Shown: positions 19,285 to 30,490 of the stretch, in pieces
How positions within the stretch are numbered: position 1 is the first letter of the stretch
How the letters are laid out: every line of letters starts with the position of its first letter
Assembly (NCBI GenBank): GCA_963772995.1
Contig: CAVYZQ010000013.1
Location: 3,294 to 67,293 of the forward strand
Origin: an uncultured Chloroflexia bacterium
GTDB taxonomy: Bacteria > Chloroflexota > Limnocylindria > Limnocylindrales > CSP1-4
Reading direction: 5' to 3'
DNA length: 64,000 bases
The notes under the pieces: model-generated
What the model saw: the letters and a program-made list of their open reading frames with translations, nothing else
Databases searched by the model: none
What the model was told of the DNA's origin: nothing
Translations under genes and position numbers: made by a program

Positions 19285-20650
19285 ATGGCCTGCCCGCGAG
19301 ATCGCGGGAGCAAACCGGATTCGCAGGGATCCGCGCCCCGCCAGGCAGACCTCTTCCGCGACACGACCGAGTTCTGCGCTCCGCTGGTCCGAGCGGACTC
19401 GATCCATGCCCTGCTCCACCGGGAGTGCCACGCACTGTTCCCCGACGAGCTGTTCAGCGATCTGTTCGCGCCAGGCGTCGGCCGGCGCTCGGTGCCGCCG
19501 CTCGTGGTCGCGGTGGTGATGGTCCTGCAACGGCTCGAGGGCTGTCTGACCGAGAGGCAGTCGAGCGCTTCACGTTCGACGCCCGCTGGAAGTACGCGGC
19601 GGGCGGCCTGCCGTTCGACCACCCGGGCTTCGCCCACACCGTGCTCGTCGACACGCGGGCCCGGCTCGCCCGCTCGGAGCGACCCGAACCGGATCTTCGA
19701 GCGCACGCTCGAGGTCGCACGGGCGGCGGGTCTCGTCGGGGTGCGGCGGGTGCTCGACTCCACCCGCTGTACGACGCGGTGGCCACGATGGACACGGTCA
19801 CGTTGGCGCGCTCCGCCATCCGCGGCGTGCTCGGGGCATCGGGTGATCGGGAGCCCGCGCTGCGCGCGGTCCTCCGCCGCGACGACGACTACCGCACCGG
19901 CGGCAAGCCTGCCGCCGACTGGGACGATGCGGCGGCCCGGGAGGCGCTCGTCGACGCGCTCGCGCGCGACGGTGAGGCCGTGCTCGGCGGGCTCGAGGGC
20001 GAGCCGCTGCCAGCGGGGCTGGCCGAGGCCGCCACCCTGCTCGCGACCGTGCTCGGCCAGGACCTCGAGCCAGGGCCTGATGGCCGGATCAGGATCGCCC
20101 GGCGGGTGGCCCCGGACCGGATCATCAGCACGGTCGACCCGGATGCCCGCCACGGCCACAAGACCGACGCCCGTGGGTTCGACGGGTACAAGGGCCACGT
20201 CGCGCTCGACCCCCGACGCCGAGCTCGTCACCGCGGCTGCCGTCACGCCGGGCAACGCGGGCGACGCCTCGGTCACGCTCGCGCTGCTCGAACCGACCTG
20301 GTCGAGACCGCGCCGGCCGAGCCACGTGGCGATCGACGGAGGGCAGGGTCACGCTGTTCAATCCCGCGGCGGTCACCGTCAGCCGGTACCGCTATCGGGC
20401 GAACCGCATCCCCGGCCCCTGGTCAAGCGCGTCGGCGGGATCGCCGGCCTGACCCGCCGGCATGGGCTCGTGGAAAGCCGGATGCGTGGAGACGCGCACG
20501 TCCGGTTCGGAGGGCGGGCCGGGGAAACGGGCCAGTTGAGAGGCTGGCACCGCGCCCCGGTCCGACCCTGCGAGTGGGCCAAGCGCCAGCTGGCCAAGCG
20601 CGGCGTCGGCTATGTCGGCCTCGATAACGGCTTTCGCGCGGTCGACGACC
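19285..20650 (+). mobile_element. IS5/IS1182-family DDE transposase remnant with at least 4 frameshifts (decayed IS)
   Basis: The InsH N-terminal (DUF772) motif is ...QADLFRDTTEF...LFAPGVGRRSVPPLVVAVVMVLQRLEG/LSDREAVERFTFDARWKYAAGGLPFDHPGF. The DDE region is ...DPDARHGHKTDARGFDGYKGHVALDP../ELVTAAAVTPGNAGDASV. The protein is pieced from frames 1 and 3 alternately. Confidence 0.6.
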
Positions 20651-21342
20651 CGGCCCTCCTCGACGAGCTCACCGGCTCACTCGGCGCCGACGACATCCGG
20701 GCCTGGTTCGCGCGCTGGATGGCCCAGCTCCCGCAACCGCTGACCGCGGAGGACCGGGCCGCCGGCTACGGCTACGCGCTCTCGATGCTCCAGGTCGAGG
20801 TGTCCGACACGCGGGTCTTCGATCGGCCCATCCGGGCCGGTCAGTGGTTCGAGGCGACGACCACCGAGCAGCTCACCCTCGGCCGACCCGAGAAAGTCAG
20901 CCTGCTCTTCGGGCGTCGCCCCAACCGGCGCAGCACCTGGCGCTTCGAGACCCGCGTCGTCAACGCCTACACGAGCCCGACGATCACCTTCCGCTACAAG
21001 CACTCGACGGTGAAGCAGTACCTCAAAGGAGGGCTCGCCCTGCGGACCGAGACGACCATCAATGATGCCTACGACTTCGACCTCGGCCGACGCATCGACA
21101 ACCTCGCCTCGGTGCGAGCGCGGGGCGAGGCGATCAATGCCGCGCTCCTCGAGCACGAGGCGAACGCCGAGACCGCCCGGCTCGAGGGCCCCGAACTCAC
21201 CGATCTCGTCCGGCCGACCGTGATCGATGGTCGACGGATCGCCGCCCTCCGGCTCGGCGATCCACGGGTCATGGCGCTCCTTGCGGCGGTGGTGCTGCTG
21301 GCTCACCTCCCCCGCTCAAATGGTCAGACTCGAGCCCTGTAA
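20650..21342 (+). other. Unassigned coding-like region (C-terminal part of the 685-aa ORF), possibly the remainder of the IS or an interrupted gene
   Basis: A long open frame (..IRAWFARWMAQLPQPLTAEDRAAGYGYALSMLQVEVSD...TITFRYKHSTVKQYLKGG..) has no family that I can name. Confidence 0.25.
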
Positions 21343-21464
21343 GCTGGGCTAGAGCGTCAAAACCGCGGTGCGCGTCCGCACCGAGTCCGAGGGCAGCGCG
21401 TCCCTCCGTCCGACCCGTCGGCTATCCTGCCCGGACCGCTAGAGGCTAGACCAGGCATACGGAC

Positions 21465-22712
21465 ATGAACGACATTCCCGCCATCACACGCCCCTGTCGC
21501 AACTGCGGCGCCCTGCTCGAACGACTCTTCGTCGATCTCGGCATGTCGCCCCCGTGCGAGGACTTCCTGACCGAAGAGCGTCTCCACGCGCCCGAAACGT
21601 TCTACCCGCTCGACGTCCGGATCTGCGACCGGTGTCTGCTCGTGCAGCTGCCGACGTACGTGTCGGCCAGCAGCATCTTCACCGAGTATGCCTATTTCTC
21701 GTCGTACAGCGACAGCTGGGTCGAGCATGCCGGCCGACTCGTCGAGGATGCGATCAGGCGCCAGAACCTGGGCCCCCGGTCGAGCGTCGTGGAGATCGGG
21801 AGCAATGACGGCTACCTCCTTCAGCACGTCATCGCGAGCGGGATACCGGCCCTGGGCGTAGAGCCTGCCACCAACATCGCCGCGGCTGCGCGGGACAAGG
21901 GCATCCCCACCCTGAACGCGTTCTTCTCCGTGGAGGTAGCCCGCTCGATCGTTGACGCATCGGGGCCGGCTGATTACGTGGTCGCCAACAACGTCTTCGC
22001 GCACATCCCCGACCTGAATGACTTCACGGCCGGCCTGGCCACGCTGCTCCGCCCGGGCGGGTTGATGTCGATCGAAGTCGCCTATCTCGTCGAGCTGATC
22101 GCGCGTAACGAGTTCGACACCATCTACCACGAGCACTTCATGTATTACACGCTGCTGAGCGCGCAGTCGGTGTTGGCGCGTCATGGCCTTCGCCTGCTCG
22201 ACGTCGAGGAGCTCAGCACTCATGGCGGATCCATTCGAATGTGGGTGGTCCACGACGACGATGCGCGCATCACGACCGATGCCGTGGCGGCGGTCCTGGC
22301 GGCCGAGCGAGCCGCCGGCTTCGACCGGGCGGACGGCTACGCCGGGTTCGCTGATCGGGTGGCAACGACCAAACGCGAACTGCTGGCGTTCCTCATCGAC
22401 GAGCGACGCAAAGGCTCGACGATCGCCGGCTACGGCGCCCCCGGAAAAGCCAACACTCTGCTCAACTATTGCGGCATCCGGAGCGATCTGATCGAGTACC
22501 TCGTCGATCGGAATCCGTACAAGCATGGCCGCTTCACGCCCGGCACCCACATCCCGATCCTGCCGCCCGAACGCCTCGCCGAGGCCCGTCCCGACGTGAT
22601 CCTGATCCTGCCCTGGAACCTGCGCGACGAGATCTCCGAGCAGCTCTCGTACACGCGCTCATGGGGGGCTCGACTGGCGGTCCCGATCCCGAGGATCGAG
22701 GTCATCGGTTAA
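21465..22712 (+). CDS. SAM-dependent sugar C-methyltransferase (TylCIII/NovU-like, N-terminal zinc ribbon plus class I methyltransferase plus C-terminal C-methyltransferase domain)
   Basis: The intact 415-aa protein has CRNCGALL...CDRCLLVQL (zinc ribbon), VVEIGSNDGYLLQHV (SAM motif I) and a C-terminal IAGYGAPGKANTLLNYCGI. Confidence 0.8.
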   Translation: MNDIPAITRPCRNCGALLERLFVDLGMSPPCEDFLTEERLHAPETFYPLDVRICDRCLLVQLPTYVSASSIFTEYAYFSSYSDSWVEHAGRLVEDAIRRQNLGPRSSVVEIGSNDGYLLQHVIASGIPALGVEPATNIAAAARDKGIPTLNAFFSVEVARSIVDASGPADYVVANNVFAHIPDLNDFTAGLATLLRPGGLMSIEVAYLVELIARNEFDTIYHEHFMYYTLLSAQSVLARHGLRLLDVEELSTHGGSIRMWVVHDDDARITTDAVAAVLAAERAAGFDRADGYAGFADRVATTKRELLAFLIDERRKGSTIAGYGAPGKANTLLNYCGIRSDLIEYLVDRNPYKHGRFTPGTHIPILPPERLAEARPDVILILPWNLRDEISEQLSYTRSWGARLAVPIPRIEVIG

Positions 22713-22719
22713 CGCCTTC

Positions 22720-23142
22720 CGGATCTGTTGCCTCGGCGCACCGGGCATTACGAATAGCCCTTGATTCTGCCCCTTTGGTCATGGTCAACTGGCCTTCTTC
22801 TGTTGGGGCGACGATTCGCAAACTCCTCCTCGATCATCGTAGTTTCGCCTCGCAGAGGACGCACTTATTGGGCCGCAGGGTCGACATTCGCAACCTGCAC
22901 AGGATCGGAAGTTGATTTCGTCGGGCGCGCGCGTAAGCCGGCTCAATGAGGGCGTTCCAAGGTTCACCCGGGGGAGGGGAATTCGGGCTCCCTAGGAATA
23001 GCCGTGCTCGCGTGGATCGTCCGCGGTCTCTGGGTGCCGACCGCCCGCGCGACCACGCCTCTATCGGCGCGCGGCCTCTAACTGTGGCCGCGCGCCGACC
23101 ATCGGTGCCTTTCGGGCCCGGCCGTGGCATTGCTCGAAGACG
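22720..23142 (+). promoter_or_regulatory. Lower-GC (about 55%) intergenic region upstream of the priming sugar transferase, likely promoter/5' leader
   Basis: It is a 430-bp non-coding gap whose GC content is visibly depressed relative to the 70% background. No specific boxes were identified. Confidence 0.3.
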
Positions 23143-24225
23143 GTGAGGCTCTCTGATGCTTGGCGTACGCACGCACGCGAACTCGCGCGGGAGGAGCCGG
23201 CGCGGCTCAGCGAGTCGACGTCCGTTCCCGTCAGTCAGGCCGGAGATCGCCGATCGATCGTCATCGTCGGAACAGGCAGCTCCGCACTGGCGTTCGCCGC
23301 GGCGTTGAGGAGCCACGCGGAGACCGACCTGCACGTCGAGGGATTCCTCGGTCCGCAGGACGACGGTCTCGAGCTGGGAGCTCGGTATCTCGGCGAGATC
23401 GAGCGCCTGCCGCTGGTCCTGCAGGAGCGTGCCGTCGATGAAGTCGGGATCTGCCTGCCGACGTCGATGAGCCACGAGATCGAGAAGGCCTGCGAGGTCT
23501 CGATGACCGAAGGCAAGACAGTCCGCATCCGGGCGAACCTCCCCGCGCCGCAGCTTCCCACCAGCCAGTTCCAGGAACTCGATGGCCAGTCGGTCGTGAC
23601 CGTCGGCAGCGGCCCGAGGAAGAAGGCAGGGCTTGCGGCAAAGCGGGGTCTCGATGTCGTGGGAGCGACGCTCGGGCTGATCGCTCTCAGTCCGCTGTTC
23701 GCCGCCGTGGCATGTGCGATCCCCCTCTCCGACGGCGGACCGATCCTCTTCCGCCAGGCGCGGGTGGGTTTGCGGGGTCGCGTCTTCCACGTCGTGAAGT
23801 TCCGGACCATGACCCCGGACGCCGACGCCCGACGTGCCGACCTTCGCCAGTTCAACGAGGTCAGCGGCAATGCGTCGTTCAAGATGACCAACGACCCCCG
23901 GATCACGTCGATGGGCCGCTTCCTGCGAAGGTCGAGCATCGACGAGCTGCCCCAGCTCTGGAACGTCCTCCGCGGCGAGATGAGCCTCGTCGGCCCACGG
24001 CCGCACCCGCTCGACGATGTGGCCGGGTATGACCTCTGGCACCGTGGGCGGTTGACGATGAAGCCGGGGATCACCGGGTTGTGGCAAGTCGCGGGTCGTC
24101 GCGACACCGACTTCGACCGATGGGTCCGATATGACCTCGACTACATCGAGCACTGGTCGCTCTGGCTCGACCTGCGGCTCCTCTTCCTGACCATTCCAGC
24201 CCTGCTTCGAGCGGAGGGCCGCTGA
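23143..24225 (+). CDS. Polyprenyl-phosphate sugar phosphotransferase (WbaP/CpsE/EpsB family priming glycosyltransferase)
   Basis: The C-terminal catalytic domain has ILFRQARVGLRGRVFHVVKFRTM, DELPQLWNVLRGEMSLVGPRP and DLDYIEHWSLWLDLRL. Confidence 0.85.
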   Translation: MRLSDAWRTHARELAREEPARLSESTSVPVSQAGDRRSIVIVGTGSSALAFAAALRSHAETDLHVEGFLGPQDDGLELGARYLGEIERLPLVLQERAVDEVGICLPTSMSHEIEKACEVSMTEGKTVRIRANLPAPQLPTSQFQELDGQSVVTVGSGPRKKAGLAAKRGLDVVGATLGLIALSPLFAAVACAIPLSDGGPILFRQARVGLRGRVFHVVKFRTMTPDADARRADLRQFNEVSGNASFKMTNDPRITSMGRFLRRSSIDELPQLWNVLRGEMSLVGPRPHPLDDVAGYDLWHRGRLTMKPGITGLWQVAGRRDTDFDRWVRYDLDYIEHWSLWLDLRLLFLTIPALLRAEGR

Positions 24226-24288
24226 TTGACTGCGACCGAAGAACTGACCGGATCAACTGGACGCGCCGACCCGTCGGCAGGTGTGCGC

Positions 24289-25656
24289 ATGACGCGCCGT
24301 GGAGCAAGCGAACCACGACGGATCACTGTCATCGGCTGTGGGCATGTGGGGTTGGTACTGGCTGCGGGCCTCGCCGACCTGGGCCACCATGTCGTGGGCG
24401 TCGATGTGAGCGAGACCCTCGTCAGCGAATTGTGCGCGGGGGTCCTCAGGATCCAGGAACCTGGTCTGACTGAGTTGGTGACAGGTGGCGTCGCGTCCGG
24501 TCGATTGCTCTTCACGACCAGCTACGAGTTTGCCATCCCCGAGGCCGAGGTCATCTTCCTGGCCGTCGACACACCTCAGACCCTCGCCGGAGCGGCCGAC
24601 CTTCGAAACATCCGGGCGGCGACTCGATCGATCGCGGCCTCGCTCAACGGGTCGAATCCGATCATCGCCAACAAGAGCACCTCGCCGATCGGAACGGGCG
24701 AGACGATCGAGGAGATCCTGTGCGAGCGCCCTCGAAGAGCGCCATCGCCGCCCCAGGATCGTGTCGAACCCGGAGTTCCTCCGCCAGGGGCGCGCGGTCG
24801 AGGACTTCTTCAACCCGGACCGGATCGTCGTCGGGTCGCGTTCGCCGGATGACGCGCGCGAGGTGGCCAGCCTCTACGACGTGCTCGGTGGCGAGGTGAT
24901 CGTCACCGACCTTCGAACGGCGGAGATGATCAAGTACGTCGCGAACTCGTTCCTCGCGACGCGCATCTCATTCATCAACGAGGTCGCCCGCCTGTGCGAG
25001 GCCGTCGGCGTCGGCATCGACCAGGTGGTCGCGGGGATCGCCCACGACCCCCGGATCGGCGACCACTTCTTCCGGCCCGGGGATCGGCTACGGAGGGAGC
25101 TGCCTGCCCAAGGACGTCGCGGCATTGCGATACATCGGCGAGACGTACGGGGTCGCGACACCGGTGCTGGCGGGCGTCCAGGACGTCGACCGAGGGCAAC
25201 GAACGAACGCCGTCCGTCGCCTGCATGGCGCGACTCGGGAGCCTCGAGGGTCGACGCCTCGGGGTCTGGGGACTGACCTTCAAGGGCGACACCGAGGACA
25301 CGCGCGAATCGCCCGCCATGGATGTCGTCCGCCTCCTCGCCAACGCCGGCGCGCGGATCCAGGCCTACGACCCTGCGGTGTCGGCCGATCCGAGGCTGGT
25401 CGCGGAGCAATACCGGCACCTCGTCTGTTCCGATCCGATCGAGGCCGCCCGCGACGCCGAGGCGCTGGTGATACTGACCGACTGGTCGGCATTCCGGTCG
25501 ATCGACCTCGCGGATGTGCGCGAGGCGATGGCCGGCAACGTCGTCTTCGATGGCCGGAACATGTTGGACCCGAGGAAGGTCGAGGCCGCGGGCCTCGTCT
25601 ACATGGGCGTCGGCCGAACCCCGACCGCGCTGCGACGCCGGAGTACGGATCGATGA
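24289..25656 (+). pseudogene. ugd: UDP-glucose 6-dehydrogenase with 3 frame disruptions (about 24735, 25079-25082, about 25215)
   Basis: Frame 1 gives ITVIGCGHVGLVLA. Frame 2 gives PRIVSNPEFLRQGRAVEDFFNPDRIVVG. Frame 3 gives IGYGGSCLPKDVAALRYIGE. Frame 1 gives RRLGVWGLTFKGDTEDTRESPA. At 25079 a GGGG run has one extra G relative to the expected ...FFRPGIGYGGSC.... Confidence 0.8.
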
Positions 25657-26591
25657 GAGTCCTCGTCGCCGGAGGAGCAGGCTTCGTCGGGAGTCACGTC
25701 TGTCACGAGCTCGTTGACCGCGGCCACGACGTCACGTGCGTCGACAATCTGTTGACGGGCTCGATGGACAACATCGCGGACCTCGAAGGGCGACCCGGGT
25801 TCCAATTCATCCTGTCGGATGTCGCGAGCGCGCCGACGATCGAGGCGGATTTCATCCTCCACCTGGCTTCGCCCGCCAGTCCGGTCGATTACGACCGGAT
25901 GCCACTGGAGACCATGTCAGCCAACTCCCTCGGGACGTGGCGGCTGCTCGACATCGCGCACGAGACCGGGGCGAAGCTGACGTTCGTCTCGACCTCCGAG
26001 GTGTACGGCGACCCGCTCGTGCATCCGCAGCCCGAGACGTATTGGGGGAACGTGGACCCCGTCGGACCCCGTTCCTCGTACGACGAATCGAAACGCTTCG
26101 GGGAAGCGCTGCTCATTTCGATGCGACGGACGAACGGCGTCCGCGCAACGATCGTCCGACTGTTCAACACGTATGGTCCGAGGATGCGCTTCGACGACGG
26201 ACGTGTCATCCCCGAACTCCTGGGCAACGCCATGGCGGGTCGACCGCTCGTCCTTCATGGCAGCGGCAGCCAGACACGCTCGTTCTGCTATGTGAGCGAC
26301 CTCGTTCGCGGCCTCCTGCTCGTCGGCCTCGACGAAGACAACGAAGGCGAGATCTTCAATATCGGAAATCCGTCGGAGATCACCATCCGCGGCCTGGCGG
26401 AACGGATCCGGGACCTCGTCCAGCCGGACCTGGCGATCGTCTCGACCGACGCCCGCGTCGGCGACCCGACCCGACGTTGCCCGGACATCTCGAAGATCCA
26501 GGCACGCTACGGCTGGCAGCCGGACGTCGACCTCGATGAGGGCCTCCGAGCGACGATCGCCGCTCTCGACCGGATCGGCGCCGCGGCCTGA
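25653..26591 (+). CDS. uxs: UDP-glucuronate decarboxylase (UDP-xylose synthase, SDR)
   Basis: Motifs include MRVLVAGGAGFVGSH, YDESKRFGE, FNTYGPRM and HGSGSQTRSFCYVSDLV. Its ATG overlaps the ugd stop (ATGA). Confidence 0.85.
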   Translation: MRVLVAGGAGFVGSHVCHELVDRGHDVTCVDNLLTGSMDNIADLEGRPGFQFILSDVASAPTIEADFILHLASPASPVDYDRMPLETMSANSLGTWRLLDIAHETGAKLTFVSTSEVYGDPLVHPQPETYWGNVDPVGPRSSYDESKRFGEALLISMRRTNGVRATIVRLFNTYGPRMRFDDGRVIPELLGNAMAGRPLVLHGSGSQTRSFCYVSDLVRGLLLVGLDEDNEGEIFNIGNPSEITIRGLAERIRDLVQPDLAIVSTDARVGDPTRRCPDISKIQARYGWQPDVDLDEGLRATIAALDRIGAAA

Positions 26592-26681
26592 TCTCGCTGG
26601 TGCATCAGCACGGAAGTGACGAGACCCTTGTGGGGATCGCAGCAACGATGAGCGGGAGGTGCAGGGCTTGATGCGGACGGG

Positions 26682-29600
26682 GTGTGTTGTTGGGCGTCGT
26701 CGTGTTCGTCGCGCTCACTGATGGGATCGGCGCCGCTTGCGGGCGAGCCGGGGAACGCGGAGAACGCGAAGACGTGCCAGAAGAACGGCTGGATGGATGT
26801 GTTTACGCGATCGGGCGAGCCGTTCTCCAGTAATGGCGCATGTACCTCGTATGGGGCCCAAGGCGGGCAGTTGATCGTCAAGGCCGCGCTGGCGTGCCTC
26901 GATGACGGCTGGAAGGCGCTGGGGCCGACACCGGGCGAGCCCTTCGCGAGCGAGCAGGCCTGTGTCGACTTCGTCAACGGTGGTGGCACGCCTGTCGCTT
27001 CGGGCGGCGCGGATCTGGCGGTCGCGAAGGCGGTCAGCAGTTCGACGCCGAACGTGGGTGACACGGTCACGTTCACGGTCACGTTGAGCGACCTCGGCCC
27101 GGACGCGGCGACGGGGGTGCAGCTGAGCGACGTGCTGCCGGCTGGGCTTGCGTTCGTGTCAGCGACCCCGAGCCAGGGCAGCTACAGCTCGGCCAGCGGT
27201 GTGTGGACGGTGGGGACGGTGACCACGACCACGGCGCAGACGCTGCGGATCGAGGCGCAGGTGGTCTCGCCCGACGCGCAGACGAACACGGCGACGATCT
27301 CTCACTCCGACCAGTTCGACCCGGTCACCGGCAACAACAGCGCGAGCGCGACTGAGACGCCGGGCGGGGCGGATCTGGCGGTCGCGAAGGCGGTCAGCAG
27401 TTCGACGCCGAACGTGGGTGACACGGTCACGTTCACGGTCACGTTGAGCGACCTCGGCCCGGACGCGGCGACGGGGGTGCAGCTGAGCGACGTGCTGCCG
27501 GCTGGGCTTGCGTTCGTGTCAGCGACCCCGAGCCAGGGCAGCTACAGCTCGGCCAGCGGTGTGTGGACGGTGGGGACGGTGACCACGACCACGGCGCAGA
27601 CGCTGCGGATCGAGGCGCAGGTGGTCTCGCCCGACGCGCAGACGAACACGGCGACGATCTCTCACTCCGACCAGTTCGACCCGGTCACCAGCAACAACAG
27701 CGCGAGCGCGACTGAGACGCCGGGCGGGGCGGATCTGGCGGTCGCGAAGGCGGTCAGCGGTTCGACGCCGAACGTGGGTGACACGGTCACGTTCACGGTC
27801 ACGTTGAGCGACCTCGGCCCGGACGCGGCGACGGGGGTGCAGGTGAGCGACGTGCTGCCGGCTGGGCTTGCGTTCGTGTCAGCGACCCCGAGCCAGGGCA
27901 GCTACAGCTCGGCCAGCGGTGTGTGGACGGTGGGGACGGTGACCACGACCACGGCGCAGACGCTGCGGATCGAGGCGCAGGTGGTCTCGCCCGACGCGCA
28001 GACGAACACGGCGACGATCTCTCACTCCGACCAGTTCGACCCGGTCACCGGCAACAACAGCGCGAGCGCGACTGAGACGCCGCGGCGGGGCGGATCTGGC
28101 GGTCGCGAAGGCGGTCAGCAGTTCGACGCCGAACGTGGGTGACACGGTCACGTTCACGGTCACGTTGAGCGACCTCGGCCCGGACGCGGCGACGGGGGTG
28201 CAGCTGAGCGACGTGCTGCCGGCTGGGCTTGCGTTCGTGTCAGCGACCCCGAGCCAGGGCAGCTACAGCTCGGCCAGCGGTGTGTGGACGGTGGGGACGG
28301 TGACCACGACCACGGCGCAGACGCTGCGGATCGAGGCGCAGGTGGTCTCGCCCAACGCGCAGACGAACACGGCGACGATCTCTCACTCCGACCAGTTCGA
28401 CCCGGTCACCGGCAACAACAGCGCGAGCGCGACCGAGACGCCGAGCGGGGCGGATCTGGCGGTCGCGAAGGCGGTCAGCAGTTCGACGCCGAACGTGGGT
28501 GACACGGTCACGTTCACGGTCACGTTGAGCGACCTCGGCCCGGACGCGGCGACGGGGGTGCAGCTGAGCGACGTGCTGCCGGCTGGGCTTGCGTTCGTGT
28601 CAGCGACCCCGAGCCAGGGCAGCTACAGCTCGGCCAGCGGTGTGTGGACGGTGGGGACGGTGACCACGACCACGGCGCAGACGCTGCGGATCGAGGCGCA
28701 GGTGGTCTCGCCCGACGCGCAGACGAACACGGCGACGATCTCTCACTCCGACCAGTTCGACCCGGTCACCGGCAACAACAGCGCCGCAACCACCATCACC
28801 CCCGCCGCTCCTCCGACCGCGGGTCCCGGTCCGATCAAGGTTGGGCCGACGGGGAGGTATCTCGTCGACCAGAACGGTGCTCCGTTCCTGATCACCGGCG
28901 AATCGCCTCAGGCGCTGATCGGCGACTTGACGGAATCAGATGCCGCGCTCTTCTTCGCGAACCGGCGCGCGCACGGGTTCAACACGGTGTGGATCAACCT
29001 GCTGTGTAACAGCTACACCGGCTGCCAGGCGGACGGGAGTACCTGGGACGGCATTCCCCCGTTCATGACGCCCGGCGACTTCTCGACCCCGAACGAAGCG
29101 TACTTTGCACACGTCGACAGGATTCTTCGCCTGGCCGCGGATTACGGCTTCGTGGTGCTCCTCGATCCGGCCGAGACAGGAGGCTGGCTCAGCACGCTGG
29201 TGAGCAACGGCGTCGACAAGGATCGCGCCTACGGTCAGTACCTCGGCAGGCGCTATAAGGACTTTCCGAACATCATCTGGATGAGCGGCAACGACTACCA
29301 GGACTGGGGACCGACGAACGATCCATATGTCACCGCCGTCGCCCAAGGGATCCGTGACGTCGACCCGAGTCGTCTGCAGACGGTCGAGTTGAACTACCGC
29401 GTCAGCGGCTCACTCGACGACCCTGCTTGGGCGCCGCTCATCGACCTCAACGCGTCCTACACCTACGAGCCGACATATCAGCAGGTGCTCAGGGACTACA
29501 ACCGGAGCAATTTCCTGCCCACGTTCCTGGTCGAGGCGAGCTACGAATTCGAGCAGGACGGGCAGCGTCCAGCCGGCACAGCAGATGAGGCGGCAGGAGT

Positions 29601-30097
29601 ACTGGTCGCTCCTGAGCGGAGCGACCGGACAGCTCTACGGCAACCACTACACGTGGCAGTTCATCTGCCCGCAACGAGACGGCGCCGGAAACTGTGTCGG
29701 AGGCTGGAAGGACCAACTCGACACACCCGGTGCGACCCAGATGGCGTACCTGAACGCGCTATTCGAGTCGCGACCGTGGTACGCGCTCGTTCCGGACCAG
29801 GCGCACACATCGTAACGAACGGCTTCGGCACCTTCGGCGAGCGACGACTACGTCACGGCTGCGAGCACCCCCGACGGGACGCTCGCGATGGCGTACGTGC
29901 CGTCGAACCGGACCATCACTGTCGACATGAGCAGGTTCAGCGGCCCCGTCACGGCACGGTGGTACGACCCCACCGCCGGGACGTTCACGAGCATCTCCGG
30001 CACCCCGTTCCCCAACGTCGGGAGCCAGCAATTCAGTACACCAGGCGCGAATGCCGAAGGTACCGACGACTGGGTGCTCGTGCTCGAAGTGCACTAG
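26682..30097 (+). pseudogene. Large secreted protein with 5 tandem DUF11 repeats plus a C-terminal DUF4038/GH5-like glycoside-hydrolase-like domain, with at least 4 frame disruptions
   Basis: There are five repeats of GGADLAVAKAVSSSTPNVGDTVTFTVTLSDLGPDAATGVQLSDVLPAGLAFVSATPSQGSYSSASGVWTVGTV...NNSASATETP. A frameshift lies at the repeat 3/4 junction (about 28085). The C-terminal region (FLITGESPQALIG, FNTVWINLL, RRQEYWSLLSGATGQLYGNHYTWQF) is read across 3 frames. Confidence 0.6.
27001..28790 (+). repeat. Tandem array of 5 near-identical 360-bp units (each unit is one 120-aa DUF11 domain)
   Basis: The unit starts at 27001, 27361, 27721, 28081 and 28442. There are only a few SNPs between copies (for example agcagttcg/agcggttcg and cagctgagc/caggtgagc). 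Unit 4 is 361 bp. Confidence 0.9.
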
Positions 30098-30189
30098 GAG
30101 CGGACTCCCGTCGGCCTCGTGAGACGCGGGAGCGGACGCGCCAACATTAGAACGAATGTTCATGGTCGCGGCGAGAGGAGTCACACCAC

Positions 30190-30490
30190 CACAACCGACC
30201 TCTGTGTCCCGGCCTACTTGCCCCTCGAGATCGTGGCCGCCACGGTCGTCGACCAGATCGGGCTCCGGGTGCGGGGTGAGCCGATCAGCAACCGGCTCGT
30301 CTCCTTCGCCGATCCCGACGCCCGGCCGATCCGCAAGGGCAAGCTCGCGACCCCGACCCAGTTCGGCTCTGTCAGCCAGATCGCCGAAGTCACCGGTTCG
30401 ACGGGCCGTGGCGCCCGCGGCCTCGTCCTGCCGCCGGCCACCCGGGCCGGCTCGATCCACGACAACGCGCTCCTGCCGCGCGAGCGCATC
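30190..30490 (+). mobile_element. 3' fragment of a DDE transposase (IS4/IS1380-like), degenerate
   Basis: Frame 2 gives ...VSFADPDARPIRKGKLATPTQFGSVSQIAEVTGSTGRGARGLVLPPATRAGSIHDNALLP, which matches the conserved DPDARPIRKGK...TEFG...LP motif of this transposase group. There is no N-terminus upstream, and the sequence downstream to about 31080 is Arg-rich and decayed. Confidence 0.45.

Noticed and set aside
22834-24153. 439-aa ORF on the - strand
   Set aside because: It is antisense to the priming sugar phosphotransferase, whose catalytic motifs are clear on the + strand.
26507-28163. Minus-strand ORFs recurring in the repeat array (MTVNVTVSPTFGVELLTAFATARSAPP...)
   Set aside because: They are reverse-strand echoes of the DUF11 repeats. 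They recur because the DNA repeats, not because they are genes.
27001-28790. Regularly spaced direct repeats, considered as a possible CRISPR array
   Set aside because: The period is 360 bp with no unique spacers. The repeats are in-frame coding DUF11 domains and there are no cas genes nearby.
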